A DNA stretch of 64,000 bases, from NCBI GenBank assembly GCA_903834625.1, contig CAILJQ010000188.1, positions 1,936-65,935 on the forward strand. Direction: 5' to 3'. Source of the stretch: an uncultured Bacteroidota bacterium. GTDB taxonomy: Bacteria > Bacteroidota > Bacteroidia > UKL13-3. Positions 46,812 through 57,072 of the stretch are shown piece after piece. Positions within the stretch are counted from its first letter, which is position 1, and every line of letters begins with the position of its first letter. A program made the translations under genes and the position numbers. Under the pieces are notes generated by a model that saw nothing but the letters and a program-made list of their open reading frames with translations, had not been told where the DNA came from and searched no databases.

Positions 46812-47984
46812 TTATTTTCCGCTTTTTTGAAGGTAAAATAAAATTTTCATCCCCAAGCTTACAAACTGATAGGAGAGGAAGTTTCGAACCTTGCGCCAAA
46901 GTTGTCCTTTTCGATGGTATAAAGCTGGATGAACAATTTGGCTGTGGTTTTCTAATGAATGTATGATTTGATTTTTTGCGAGTTTATGAAACGTTGGGTC
47001 TAAAATTTCAACATTACATTCCACCGATCCAAAATCGCTTAAATGGTTAAGATTGTAAGAACCAATGCACATCCAATCTTCATCTGCAAAGGCAATTTTT
47101 GCATGCAATACACTTGCTTGCCATTCCCTAATTTGTACGCCAGCTTTGAGTAGGTCTTCATAAAAAAATTGGGTAGCATATTGTACTATTTTTACATCTG
47201 ATTTGGCTCCTAAAACCAACTCAACTTGAACCCCTCTTTTGGCTGCTCTTTTTAATAATCTTTTGAGTGCGGGTGAGGGTAAAAAATAACTGCTAATGAG
47301 TAAGATGTTATGTTGGGCATTCCTTATTTTTTGCCGGTATTGCCTACTAATTCCAAATTTTGCTTTGAGCCAATAGTTTTGTAAAACCCTTATTTGTTTA
47401 TCAGCTTGTTTAGATTTTTCTTCTTCATTTGAGGGAAGTGTTTTAGGCTGAAACAGGTTCAGACCATTTTCTATACCTTTACAAATGCGTAACAAATCTT
47501 GCACAACAGAACCCTTTACCCAAATGCCATAATCAAGCCAATTTCCTTCCTCGCCCCAATGGCTATAATTGTTTGAAATGTTAATACCACCTAACATGGC
47601 CACTTGCTGGTCAAAAATGAAAATTTTGTGATGCAGTCGAACACCAACATGGTATTTAAATGCCAATTTAAATTTAGAAAAGAGTTGTATATCAACACCT
47701 CTTTGCTTTAAGGCACTTTCCCATTCTTTGGGGAAATTGGCACTACCATAGGCGTCTAGTCGTATAAATATTTTTACTCCTCTTCTGGCAGCCGCCAATA
47801 GCGCGTCATAAATTACTTTACCTGTTTGGTCGTTATCAAAAATATAAACTTGAAAATGAATGCTTGTTTGTGCTAATTCTATTTGAAAAAGTAGCTCATC
47901 AAAGAAGGGTTTACCGCTCTCTAGCAACCGTAAATTAGCATTGTTATGCCATGGGAAAATGCCAATTTTTTTGCGCCAAACCAT
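46812..47984 (-). CDS. Phospholipase D / cardiolipin synthase-like protein (two HKD motifs)
   Basis: LHHKIFIFD and LHAKIAFAD (HxKxxxxD, twice). Confidence 0.8.
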   Translation of the reverse strand: MVWRKKIGIFPWHNNANLRLLESGKPFFDELLFQIELAQTSIHFQVYIFDNDQTGKVIYDALLAAARRGVKIFIRLDAYGSANFPKEWESALKQRGVDIQLFSKFKLAFKYHVGVRLHHKIFIFDQQVAMLGGINISNNYSHWGEEGNWLDYGIWVKGSVVQDLLRICKGIENGLNLFQPKTLPSNEEEKSKQADKQIRVLQNYWLKAKFGISRQYRQKIRNAQHNILLISSYFLPSPALKRLLKRAAKRGVQVELVLGAKSDVKIVQYATQFFYEDLLKAGVQIREWQASVLHAKIAFADEDWMCIGSYNLNHLSDFGSVECNVEILDPTFHKLAKNQIIHSLENHSQIVHPALYHRKGQLWRKVRNFLSYQFVSLGMKILFYLQKSGK

Positions 47985-48026
47985 ATGGCAAATTTACAAC
48001 AATGCAAAGCATATTAACTACTTGAC

Positions 48027-49400
48027 TTAATTAATAAAGTTGTTTGGTAAATATACGCGTACTGTTGTGCCTATGCCTGCCTCTGAATGGATAGAAACAG
48101 TGCCTTTATGCAATTCAATAGTTTTCTTTACAAGACTAAGTCCGATGCCATACCCAGGAATTTGTCTTGTTTCATTAGATCTAAAGAATGGCTCAAATAC
48201 ATGCTGTAGATCGGATGGTTTTATGCCAGGTCCTTTATCTGTTATGGTAATTTCAATACCAAGTTTTTCAAATGTTACTTTTACATTACATGCTGCTTGA
48301 TCAGAGAATTTACAAGCATTGTCCATCAAATTGGTGAAAACAGATTTGAGTAAAGAGAAATCTCCTATAGTTTGAATCAGTTCCTCTTCTTCGGGAAAAT
48401 CATCAAATTCAAGAACAATTTTATATGTTGGTTTTCTTTTAACCAATTCTTCCTTCGTATCCATCATTACATCAAGCAAGGATACTTTGGTAAAAGAAAT
48501 ATTAGGGAAGTCGGCATTGGCAGAGGCTAATTCTGCGAGCCCATTTATGAGAGATATGAGGTTTTGAATGTCTTCCAAAAGGGAGTGGAAAGTAGCGATA
48601 TACTCTTGCTCTGTTCGCTTTTGTAACATCAAAACCTCAATTTGCCCTTTCATAACTGTAAGGGGTGTTCTAAATTCATGGGAAGCATTGGCAACAAAGA
48701 GTTTTTGAAAGGCAAAAGATTTTTCTATCCTACCAAGCATTTTATTAAAAACAATAGCCAAGTTGGCTATTTCATCTTTGCCGTTCCCCTCATAAACCCG
48801 CTGATATAGGTTACTTTCATTAATTGTGTCTACTTGCGAAATAACATCTTTAATGGGTTTTAGGGCTTGCATAGAAAAGTACCACCCTGTAACGGCCGCT
48901 AAACAAATACAAGCCAACGTAAGAATCAATAAAATTAATCGGAGGAATTTTAATTTCTCTTGTCCGGCAATATCTAAGGCACTACTTACTACATAAAAAT
49001 TTACGCCTTTATGTGGGATGATATATGCAATATATTCAGTATCGGCGCTGTATTGTTCAAATTCATTGCCTTCCTTATATAGTTTTTTAAGCAGACTAAT
49101 TTGCGTGTCGTCTGCAGGTTTTGAAGCAAAAATTACTTCATAATTTTCGTCAGCAATGATGAGCTTTTCTTGAGGAAATCGATTGATTTGTTTGTCATAC
49201 AACAAACGTAAAATACTGGGCGTTAATTCGTCCTTGTCTAGGTAGTTTATTACTACATTTTTTGAAACATTTTTCAAACGGTCTGTAAACTCGTTACGTC
49301 TAAAAATTTCAGAAAATTCATAGGTAAATACAGAGAAGGCAATGAGTATTCCTGCAACAATTGCAGTGAACTTTATGGTTAATGAACTTTTTATATTCAT
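48027..49400 (-). CDS. Sensor histidine kinase (2 TM + HAMP + HisKA + HATPase_c)
   Basis: H-box ASHEFRTPLT, N-box NLMDNACKF, G-boxes TDKGPGI and GYGIGLSLV. Confidence 0.9.
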   Translation of the reverse strand: MNIKSSLTIKFTAIVAGILIAFSVFTYEFSEIFRRNEFTDRLKNVSKNVVINYLDKDELTPSILRLLYDKQINRFPQEKLIIADENYEVIFASKPADDTQISLLKKLYKEGNEFEQYSADTEYIAYIIPHKGVNFYVVSSALDIAGQEKLKFLRLILLILTLACICLAAVTGWYFSMQALKPIKDVISQVDTINESNLYQRVYEGNGKDEIANLAIVFNKMLGRIEKSFAFQKLFVANASHEFRTPLTVMKGQIEVLMLQKRTEQEYIATFHSLLEDIQNLISLINGLAELASANADFPNISFTKVSLLDVMMDTKEELVKRKPTYKIVLEFDDFPEEEELIQTIGDFSLLKSVFTNLMDNACKFSDQAACNVKVTFEKLGIEITITDKGPGIKPSDLQHVFEPFFRSNETRQIPGYGIGLSLVKKTIELHKGTVSIHSEAGIGTTVRVYLPNNFIN

Positions 49401-49412
49401 GAAAAAGCAATC

Positions 49413-50093
49413 TTACGATTCACTCTTCACAATATACCCCATTCCAACCATTGTATGAATAATTTTTGTAGAAAATTCTTTGTCAATTTTCTTGCGAAGA
49501 AAATTAATATATACGTCAATTACATTGGTGGTAGTATCAAAGCCGGCATCCCAAACCTTTTCTAAAATTTCACTCCTAGAGATTACTCTATTTTTATTTC
49601 TTATAAGGTATTCTAAAAGGGCAAACTCTTTGGCTGTTAAGTCAATTGTTTTTCCACCACGACGGGCAACTTTTCTGTCTAAATCAAGCTCTAAGTCTTC
49701 AAGTTTAAGTACCTTTTGGTCGCCCAAGTTGTCTGTATATCTTTTGGTTAAAGCCCTTAGTCTTGCCAACAGTTCTTTGAATTCAAATGGCTTTACTAAA
49801 TAATCATCGGCACCTGCATCTAAGCCACTTACTTTTTCATCAATTGATCCTAAGGCAGTAAGCATTAAGATAGGAGTTTTGATGCCACTGGATCTTAGCT
49901 CTTTTGCAACCTCTAAACCATTTAAGTAAGGAATCATTACGTCTAATAAAATTACATCATAGACATTTTCAGTGGCCATTTTTTTGGCAAAATACCCATC
50001 ATAAACAACAGTTACTTCGTTCTGTTGCTCTTCTAAACCTTGCTTTAAAAAGGAAGCAACTTTTGGTTCATCTTCTACTACTAGTAATTTCAT
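49413..50093 (-). CDS. OmpR-family response regulator
   Basis: MKLLVVEDE, phospho-acceptor in ILLDVMIP, and a C-terminal winged helix (LTAKEFALLEYL...VGMGY). Confidence 0.92.
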   Translation of the reverse strand: MKLLVVEDEPKVASFLKQGLEEQQNEVTVVYDGYFAKKMATENVYDVILLDVMIPYLNGLEVAKELRSSGIKTPILMLTALGSIDEKVSGLDAGADDYLVKPFEFKELLARLRALTKRYTDNLGDQKVLKLEDLELDLDRKVARRGGKTIDLTAKEFALLEYLIRNKNRVISRSEILEKVWDAGFDTTTNVIDVYINFLRKKIDKEFSTKIIHTMVGMGYIVKSES

Positions 50094-50230
50094 TTGTTGG
50101 TTAATTCATTCGTGTGTAGCCTTGGATATTCCTTGGTTGAGTGGGCTAACACGAAACTAAATTAGATTATCTAATGATAATAAAAATTAAAGTTCAATTA
50201 ATTTTACCGAAATGTTTCAAAACTAAAAGA

Positions 50231-50584
50231 TTATCCTCCAGCCTTTTTTGCTTTATAGTTATCTTTTAATAAATAATTAAGAATTTTGTCTCTAAAATCA
50301 CCTTGAATAAGGATTTCTCCATCCTTGGTTGAACCACCCACCCCGCAGTGTTTTTTGAGGGCACTTCCAAGTGTACTTAGATTTTCTTCTGAACCAATAA
50401 AACCAGTTATGCGAGAGACCAATTTTCCCCCACCTTTTCTGTCTAAAAATATTTTGAGTGATTGTTGATTTGGAGCCAATGTTTCTTGTGCTTCCTCCTG
50501 CTCATGAGTGTATTCAAAATTTGTATCAGTTGAATAAACTACGCCATTTTTGTTCTTATTCTTGTTACTCATTTGTTGGGACAA
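50231..50584 (-). CDS. SUI1/YciH-family translation initiation factor
   Basis: [14 protein letters not shown]...[26 protein letters not shown]. Confidence 0.75.
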   Translation of the reverse strand: MSQQMSNKNKNKNGVVYSTDTNFEYTHEQEEAQETLAPNQQSLKIFLDRKGGGKLVSRITGFIGSEENLSTLGSALKKHCGVGGSTKDGEILIQGDFRDKILNYLLKDNYKAKKAGG

Positions 50585-51455
50585 TAACGTTTAATGATTG
50601 TGGCTTCATTTGGATAGAAACTATCTTTTCCATCCAGATGGGTTCTCCATCAATATTTACCCAATTGGGCTCTGGTTGTATGATGTCTATGTTTTGGCAG
50701 GATAAAATATCCACTTGTTTTGATTTTTTAAAATTTCCTAAAAATAAGTCTTTAGTGATGCCAAATGCATTTAACCAATTTACCTCTTTCAAAATGGTTA
50801 TTTCAAACTTGCCATCATCAAACTTTGCACTGGGTGCTATGTGGGCGTTATTACCGTATTGTGGGCCATTGCAAACTGCCAATATGAAAGCTTTTTCAGT
50901 TCTTTTTGACTCGTTAAAATGAAGTTCGAAGGTTTTATTTTGATAAGCTTTTAGTTCGTTGAAAGAAATTTTAGCATAGGTTTTTAATCCCCTTGTTCCT
51001 GCTTCTGCAAACTTAGAACTTACATGTGCATCAAATCCAAACCCGCATACATTGATAAAGCTTATTCCATTTGCAGTTCCAGTATCAATTGATTTGTTAA
51101 CTCCTTTATTTAATAAACTTATGGCATCTATGGTTTTGAGCGGAATATTCATGGCTCGTGCAAAACCATTTCCTGAACCTAAAGGGATGATGCCAAGTGG
51201 TATGTTGGTATGAACCAATGCCGAAGCCACTAAATTGAGTGTTCCATCTCCTCCTGCTGCAACAACCAAATCGAAGCCTTTTTCAATTGCTTCTAAGCAT
51301 AGTTCTTGGGCATGTGCAGCAGTTTTTGTGTAGGCCAATTCATAGGTATATTTCTCCTTTGAAAGGTATTTATCTATCAAGGCAGGAATATCCTTTTTAG
51401 CCCTGCCTCCAGAAATAGGATTGATGATGAACCTAATTTTTTTCTTAGCCAACAT
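50565..51455 (-). CDS. Diacylglycerol/lipid kinase family protein (YegS/BmrU-like)
   Basis: FIINPISGG and [11 protein letters not shown] motifs. Confidence 0.8.
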   Translation of the reverse strand: MLAKKKIRFIINPISGGRAKKDIPALIDKYLSKEKYTYELAYTKTAAHAQELCLEAIEKGFDLVVAAGGDGTLNLVASALVHTNIPLGIIPLGSGNGFARAMNIPLKTIDAISLLNKGVNKSIDTGTANGISFINVCGFGFDAHVSSKFAEAGTRGLKTYAKISFNELKAYQNKTFELHFNESKRTEKAFILAVCNGPQYGNNAHIAPSAKFDDGKFEITILKEVNWLNAFGITKDLFLGNFKKSKQVDILSCQNIDIIQPEPNWVNIDGEPIWMEKIVSIQMKPQSLNVIVPTNE

Positions 51456-51519
51456 GCTGCAAAATTATCCGAAATTCACTGAATCCTATGGCAATTTGTA
51501 TATTCGACAAATTTATTTC

Positions 51520-52884
51520 ATGAACTGGATTACTTTATTGCAAGCTTTTAGGTATGGAGATACCGAGGCAAGGAACTTAGGAGATGGACAAAACAGAAGT
51601 ATCTTTGAACAAGATTACGATAGGATTATCTTTTCTACACCTTTCAGGCGATTACAAGATAAAACCCAAGTAATTCCTTTGCCAGAGCATGATTTTGTGC
51701 ATAACAGACTTACCCATAGCATTGAAGTGAGTAGTGTTGGCAGAACCTTGGGGAAAATTGTGGGTGCCGAATTGTTGAAGAAATATCCAGAGTTACAAGA
51801 ACAGTCGATGTCGTTTCATGATTTTGGGGCCATTGTAGCGGCCGCAAGTTTGGCACATGATATTGGCAATCCTCCATTCGGACATAGCGGTGAATCGGCC
51901 ATTGCAGAGTATTTTTTAAATGGTCCCGGGGCTCGGTTTGAACCAATGCTGAATGAGTTTGAATGGCAAGATTTAATTAGGTTTGAAGGAAATGCAAATG
52001 GCTTTAGGATATTAACCAATGCCGGTAATATGACGCAGGGAGGAATTCGTTTGAGTTACCCAACCTTGGCAGCATTTTCTAAATATCCTAAAGCTAGCCT
52101 GCCAATTTTGCCTAAAGGAAGAGCAAGCGAGAAAAAGTTTGGATACTTTCAAGCCGAGAAACAACTCTTTCATGATGTGGCCAAAGTACTTGATTTGATT
52201 GCTGTGGAAGAAAATGGTGAACGCTACTATCGCCGACATCCACTTACCTTTTTAGTGGAGGCTGCTGATGATATTTGTTATCACATCATTGATTTTGAAG
52301 ATGGCTTGCGTTTGAATTGGATTGATTTTGACGTGGCAGAGAAATTATTGATACCCATTGCAGGTAAATCTTTTTATGAAGAGAGTTATAGAAAAATAAA
52401 GCACCGCGACGAAAAGGCTTCATACCTCAGGGCAGTAGCAATAAATAGTTTGATCAAAGAATTAGCAGACATTTTTTTAATACATGAAGAAGAAATTTTA
52501 AATGGTTCATTTGATACTTCTCTTATTCAATTGAGCAAGTACATTCTGCAAATAGAGGAGATTAAATCCATCTCACTTCAAAAGGTTTATAAGGCAAGGG
52601 AGGTTATTGAAATTGAAACTGCCGGATTTGAGGTAATAGGAGGCTTATTAGATATGTTTACAAAAGCCCTTTGGCAAATTTGTGAACCACAAACAAGTAA
52701 GAAAAGTTACCATGACCGAAAAATTGCGGAACTACTTCCAATACATCTTAAAGAACCTTCAGAAGAATTGAAGAATAATTATTACCTCAGGTTATTACAT
52801 GTTTGTGAGTATGTGGCTGGATTAACAGATAGGCATGCCATTAGTCTTTTTAGGAAAATGAAAGGAATTGAATTGCCCAGATAG
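51520..52884 (+). CDS. dgt: dGTPase-family HD-domain triphosphohydrolase
   Basis: FEQDYDRIIFSTPFRRLQDKTQV, HNRLTHSIEV and HDIGNPPFGH. ATG at 51520. Confidence 0.88.
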   Translation: MNWITLLQAFRYGDTEARNLGDGQNRSIFEQDYDRIIFSTPFRRLQDKTQVIPLPEHDFVHNRLTHSIEVSSVGRTLGKIVGAELLKKYPELQEQSMSFHDFGAIVAAASLAHDIGNPPFGHSGESAIAEYFLNGPGARFEPMLNEFEWQDLIRFEGNANGFRILTNAGNMTQGGIRLSYPTLAAFSKYPKASLPILPKGRASEKKFGYFQAEKQLFHDVAKVLDLIAVEENGERYYRRHPLTFLVEAADDICYHIIDFEDGLRLNWIDFDVAEKLLIPIAGKSFYEESYRKIKHRDEKASYLRAVAINSLIKELADIFLIHEEEILNGSFDTSLIQLSKYILQIEEIKSISLQKVYKAREVIEIETAGFEVIGGLLDMFTKALWQICEPQTSKKSYHDRKIAELLPIHLKEPSEELKNNYYLRLLHVCEYVAGLTDRHAISLFRKMKGIELPR

Positions 52885-52955
52885 CTATGTACAGGAGACT
52901 ATTCGCTTGTATGTCAATTTGTCGTTTGGCATAACTATTGTTTCGTTCAAGGAAA

Positions 52956-52985
52956 TTTGTAATTTATTATTTTAGTATATATTTG
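52956..52985 (+). promoter_or_regulatory. Candidate Bacteroidota sigma-A promoter for clpP (-33 TTTG / -7 TAnnTTTG)
   Basis: TTTG at 52956-52959 and TATATTTG at 52978-52985, with an 18-bp spacer, 22 nt upstream of the ATG. Pattern match only. Confidence 0.3.
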
Positions 52986-53006
52986 ACTTAAACCATTCAC
53001 CACAAT

Positions 53007-53699
53007 ATGAACGTAGGAAATGAATTCCGCAAATACGCGGTAAAACACCAAGGAATTAGCAGTCTAAAAGTAGATGCCTATATTGAAAGTTCTCTACAAG
53101 GAATGACCAGAACGGTTATTGAAGAACGCCCAATGAATTTTAGAGAGATTGATGTATTTTCTCGCTTGATGGCAGACCGTATTATTTTTATGGGAATGCC
53201 AATTGATGATTACGTAGCCAATATCATTCAAGCACAATTGTTGTTCTTAGATTCAATGGATGCAAGAAGAGATATCCAAATGTATATAAACTCACCAGGA
53301 GGTTCGGTGTATGCAGGTTTAGGTATTTATGATACCATGCAATGGGTAAACCCTAGTGTGGCTACCATTTGTACTGGCTTAGCAGCTTCTATGGCCGCAG
53401 TGTTGTTATGTGCCGGAGAAAAGGGTAAGCGTTCTGCTTTGCCTCATGCTAGGGTGATGATTCATCAGCCATTAGGTGGTGCGCAAGGACAAGCTTCTGA
53501 TATCGAAATTACAGCGCGCGAAATTCAAAAGTTGAAAAAAGAATTATACGACATTATCTCCTCACATAGCGGTCAGCCTTTTGATCGTGTTCAAGCCGAT
53601 AGCGATAGAGATTATTGGATGATCGCTGCAGAAGCCAAAGAATATGGTATGATAGATGACGTGTTGTTAAAGCATAAAAAAGAAGAAGAGAAGAAATAA
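53007..53699 (+). CDS. clpP: ATP-dependent Clp protease proteolytic subunit
   Basis: INSPGGSVYAGLGIYDTM, GLAASMAAVLL (active-site Ser) and MIHQPLGG. Confidence 0.95.
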   Translation: MNVGNEFRKYAVKHQGISSLKVDAYIESSLQGMTRTVIEERPMNFREIDVFSRLMADRIIFMGMPIDDYVANIIQAQLLFLDSMDARRDIQMYINSPGGSVYAGLGIYDTMQWVNPSVATICTGLAASMAAVLLCAGEKGKRSALPHARVMIHQPLGGAQGQASDIEITAREIQKLKKELYDIISSHSGQPFDRVQADSDRDYWMIAAEAKEYGMIDDVLLKHKKEEEKK

Positions 53700-53718
53700 T
53701 TTCATTCAAATCCGTTTT

Positions 53719-53752
53719 AAAAAGCCGCTCTTATTTGAGCGGCTTTTTTTTT
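53719..53752 (+). terminator. Rho-independent terminator after clpP
   Basis: AAAAGCCGCTC / loop ttattt / GAGCGGCTTTT followed by a T run. Confidence 0.8.
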
Positions 53753-54144
53753 GAAATTCCTTCCATTGAAGCGGCCAGAAATACAATGAAAAAGAAACTC
53801 ACTGCCATTAAGCCTAGTTTTCTTGCATTTTCCATGCGAGTAGATTTGACTACCTTTTGGTTAATTGTTTAAAACTACCTTAAAGCGAAATCCTCTTTTT
53901 GTAGTATTTACAATGGATTGAGCCGAAATTCCATTATTGTATACGTTTTTAGGGTTACTCACATTTTCATGTTGATAGGGTAAAAAATGATGTATGTTTC
54001 ATGAACCGATACAATATTTTGTATTTTTTTGATGCCAATGGCGAATGTCGCAATTGATGCGCATTTTGGGACAAAAAATATGTTTTTGTATAGCTATTTC
54101 AGCGAATAAATTTGTTCTCAATCAACCGTATTAATTACTGAATT

Positions 54145-54612
54145 GTGAAGAAAAGTATACCCATTATTGCATTGCTAGTTTGTTTCTACGTGGTGGCTTG
54201 TAATAAAATTCCTGCAAATGAAACCTCCGCTGCCCCAAAATGTGAGCCTGAGCTGTTATCGCAACAACATAAATCAATATTTGTAGATGATTTGATGCCG
54301 CAAGCAACTACTGAAGGTCCTGTTGCTGTTTTTAAATTTACCCAATCCATCAATTCCTACGCCAATACCTCTTGCAAATCAAAACCCAATGAATGTAAAA
54401 CTTTGCTTGAGGTGCAAAACATTACAGATTACCATATCCGCATCTCTTATACCATTCATTACAGCATGGGCAATAACTCCTGGTCGGCCGATGGCTTCGC
54501 AGATATTGCGCCAGATAGTTCCTTTCAAGCGGGTCCAATTTCAACCAATTGCGGATGGATCAGTTCTGGATTATTACAAGTTGTAAAGAAATCGGTGGTT
54601 TACAAAAATTAG
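54145..54612 (+). CDS. Hypothetical lipoprotein (155 aa, GTG start)
   Basis: Lipobox in IIALLVCFYVVAC|N. Cys-rich mature part. No family recognised. Confidence 0.5.
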   Translation: MKKSIPIIALLVCFYVVACNKIPANETSAAPKCEPELLSQQHKSIFVDDLMPQATTEGPVAVFKFTQSINSYANTSCKSKPNECKTLLEVQNITDYHIRISYTIHYSMGNNSWSADGFADIAPDSSFQAGPISTNCGWISSGLLQVVKKSVVYKN

Positions 54613-54638
54613 CCTAATCCGTTTATCTTTGCTGCCCA

Positions 54639-55871
54639 ATGGCAAAGAAAAAAGATGATGTTTGTTCCTTTTGTGGCAGGAACAGAAGCGAAGTAAGCTA
54701 CTTAATTTCAGGGTTAGACGCACTTATTTGTGAAAATTGTATCGGTCAGGCCTTCAAAATTATCAATGAAGACCAAGATTCTGCCGATCTTAAATCTGCA
54801 GAGTTGGCTATTAAATTGTTAAAGCCAGCAGAAATTAAACAACATCTAGATCAATATGTTATTGGGCAGGATGATGCCAAAAAAGTATTGAGTGTTGCCG
54901 TATACAACCATTTTAAGCGTGTGCTTTCTAAGAAAAACAACGAGGTTGAATTAGAGAAATCAAATATATTAATGGTAGGGGAAACAGGTACAGGTAAAAC
55001 GCTTTTGGCCAAAACCCTAGCTAAAATGCTTCAAGTGCCTTTCTGTATTGCTGATGCCACTGTATTAACAGAAGCAGGTTATGTAGGAGAGGATGTAGAA
55101 AGTGTATTAACTCGATTGCTACAAGCGGCCAATTATGATGTGCCTTCAGCAGAGAGAGGAATCATTTATATTGATGAAATTGATAAGATCAGTAGAAAAA
55201 GTGACAACCCTAGCATCACCAGAGATGTGAGTGGTGAAGGTGTACAACAGGCTTTACTTAAGATTCTTGAGGGTACTGTTGCCAATGTTCCACCACAAGG
55301 AGGAAGAAAACATCCTGAGCAAAAAATGATTCAAATCAATACAGAGAACATTCTTTTTATTTGTGGTGGTGCTTTTGAGGGTATTGATAAAATGATTGCA
55401 AGAAGATTGCAAACACAAGCCATTGGGTTTAAAAATAACGATTTAAAGGCCGATGCTCATCAAGATAATTTGTTGAAATATGTATCGGCTGCCGATTTGC
55501 GCACCTATGGTTTAATTCCTGAAATTATTGGAAGGATGCCAGTTTTATGTCATTTAGAACCTTTAGATAAAGTTATTTTAAAGCGCATTTTGGTTGAACC
55601 AAAAAATGCTTTAATCAAACAATACATTCATTTGTTTGCTTTAGAAGAAATTGAATTAAGTTTTGCCGATGAGGTGATAGATATGATTGTTGATACCGCC
55701 TTTGAATTGAAATTAGGTGCAAGGGGTTTGCGCAGTATTTGCGAAGCCTTGATGATAGATTATATGTATGACGCTCCTGGTAATGAAACATTAAAGAAAT
55801 TGCACATCACTTCCAAAGATGCTAAAGGCAAAATGGAACAAGTAAAACTCAAAAATTTTCAGGCAGCGTAA
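54639..55871 (+). CDS. clpX: ATP-dependent Clp protease ATP-binding subunit ClpX
   Basis: Zinc finger CSFCGR...CENC, Walker A GETGTGKT, Walker [10 protein letters not shown], and GARGLRS. Confidence 0.97.
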   Translation: MAKKKDDVCSFCGRNRSEVSYLISGLDALICENCIGQAFKIINEDQDSADLKSAELAIKLLKPAEIKQHLDQYVIGQDDAKKVLSVAVYNHFKRVLSKKNNEVELEKSNILMVGETGTGKTLLAKTLAKMLQVPFCIADATVLTEAGYVGEDVESVLTRLLQAANYDVPSAERGIIYIDEIDKISRKSDNPSITRDVSGEGVQQALLKILEGTVANVPPQGGRKHPEQKMIQINTENILFICGGAFEGIDKMIARRLQTQAIGFKNNDLKADAHQDNLLKYVSAADLRTYGLIPEIIGRMPVLCHLEPLDKVILKRILVEPKNALIKQYIHLFALEEIELSFADEVIDMIVDTAFELKLGARGLRSICEALMIDYMYDAPGNETLKKLHITSKDAKGKMEQVKLKNFQAA

Positions 55872-55899
55872 GTTGTAAATAAGGCTTTCATGTCAATTT

Positions 55900-56955
55900 T
55901 TAGATTCTTACTCGTAAGATTTCTAACAAACTTGCTTTAACCATTTCTCCCATATTTCGTGCCCTTAGGATACGTTTGCTTTCATAATATTGGGCAAGTT
56001 CCTCTCGCAGTTTTATCACATTTTCTTCGGGAGCTATTGGCTCTTTCCCCATAGCATCAAGCAAATTAAGTAATGGCCATTTTGCAGCCTTCATACGCGC
56101 AATCATTACCATTTTTTCTTCTCGTTGGTATTGAGTTAAGCTCTTTTTGCTCACAAATTTTTGAACTGTTTCAAAGTAAAATTTATTCTGTTTGTAGAAT
56201 TGTGGGAGATAAATGTTTTTCCTCCCTTCAAAACTTTGTTGGTCAAAATCTATGGCCCTTATCCTATAATTGGTTTCATCAAAGTCTGGCGTTACTTGAA
56301 CCACAAAATTACTTGAGTGCATATCGCCTAATAACCTTATCAAACAGCGTTCGTTAAACTTAACAAATTCTTTGGCCAAACGCGTGCCATTAAAGTCGTC
56401 TTCATATATATGGTGCTTTACAAATTCATCACCAGGGATGCCAACAATATGTTCTTCTATAAGTGTATTATCACTAACCAAATAACTGATTCTATTGGGT
56501 GATAATAAATGCTCTAATTCTAACCCATACAAACGAGAGGCATCTGCATTCTTTACGTAAAAATAATCAAAGTTATCATTGAGCTTATTAATAATGCGAA
56601 TCCTAAATGGAAGGGTATTCCCATATAAACACACATCAATTCTGTCTACTCCTAAATGCTCCACCACCTGCATGTCGCCACCTACTTTTAATAAGGCGTA
56701 TATTTCTAATAAATGTAAATAAATGCGTTCTTGTTCCTCAGGTGCATAAATACAGGTTTCCCAGAGCGTATCTTTCCCTTTTTTATCATAAAATGCAATA
56801 GATTCTTTGTACAACTTCAGATCAGAGTAATGAATGGGTATATCGGTTTCCCTTCCATACTTTTTGAGATACGCCCTTAAGTGCGGACCAATCTTATAGG
56901 TGAATTTTTTTCTACTGATATGAGGCATCCAACGAAGATAAAAGGAAGATGACAA
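55900..56955 (-). CDS. Hypothetical protein with protein-kinase-like (RIO/Kdo-kinase-like) catalytic motifs
   Basis: LGDMHSSNFVV (compare HGDLxxxNILV) followed 20 aa later by AIDFDQ (compare IDFxQ). Candidate beta3 Lys in YFYVKNAD. Confidence 0.4.
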   Translation of the reverse strand: MSSSFYLRWMPHISRKKFTYKIGPHLRAYLKKYGRETDIPIHYSDLKLYKESIAFYDKKGKDTLWETCIYAPEEQERIYLHLLEIYALLKVGGDMQVVEHLGVDRIDVCLYGNTLPFRIRIINKLNDNFDYFYVKNADASRLYGLELEHLLSPNRISYLVSDNTLIEEHIVGIPGDEFVKHHIYEDDFNGTRLAKEFVKFNERCLIRLLGDMHSSNFVVQVTPDFDETNYRIRAIDFDQQSFEGRKNIYLPQFYKQNKFYFETVQKFVSKKSLTQYQREEKMVMIARMKAAKWPLLNLLDAMGKEPIAPEENVIKLREELAQYYESKRILRARNMGEMVKASLLEILRVRI

Positions 56956-56968
56956 ACTTCACATAAAA

Positions 56969-56990
56969 ATTTGGTTCAGACCGAAACCAA
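56969..56990. repeat. Intergenic copy TTTGGTTCAGACCGAAACCAAA in a divergent promoter region
   Basis: Exact core at 56972-56981. The flanks TTTGGTT/AACCAAA can pair. Confidence 0.7.
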
Positions 56991-57072
56991 ATCTTTGTGC
57001 ATTTCACTTGAAAGAAAATGAACTCCTTTTTATGCAGATTGACTTTTTCAAAAAAAGTGTATTTTGCATCTA

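Noticed and set aside
53731-53835. Small 34-codon minus-strand ORF (MENARKLGLMAVSFFFIVFLAASMEGISKKKPLK) in the clpP-clpX gap, a possible single-TM micropeptide
   Set aside because: It is too short to support from sequence alone. Its 3' end runs into the clpP terminator, and I cannot show conservation or an RBS.
54323-54586. Track ORF 54323-54586 (+) overlapping the lipoprotein gene in another frame. Also 59430-59711 and 58077-58265 inside the BI-1 and MFS genes.
   Set aside because: These are alternate-frame ORFs nested in better-supported genes, with no signal or family features.
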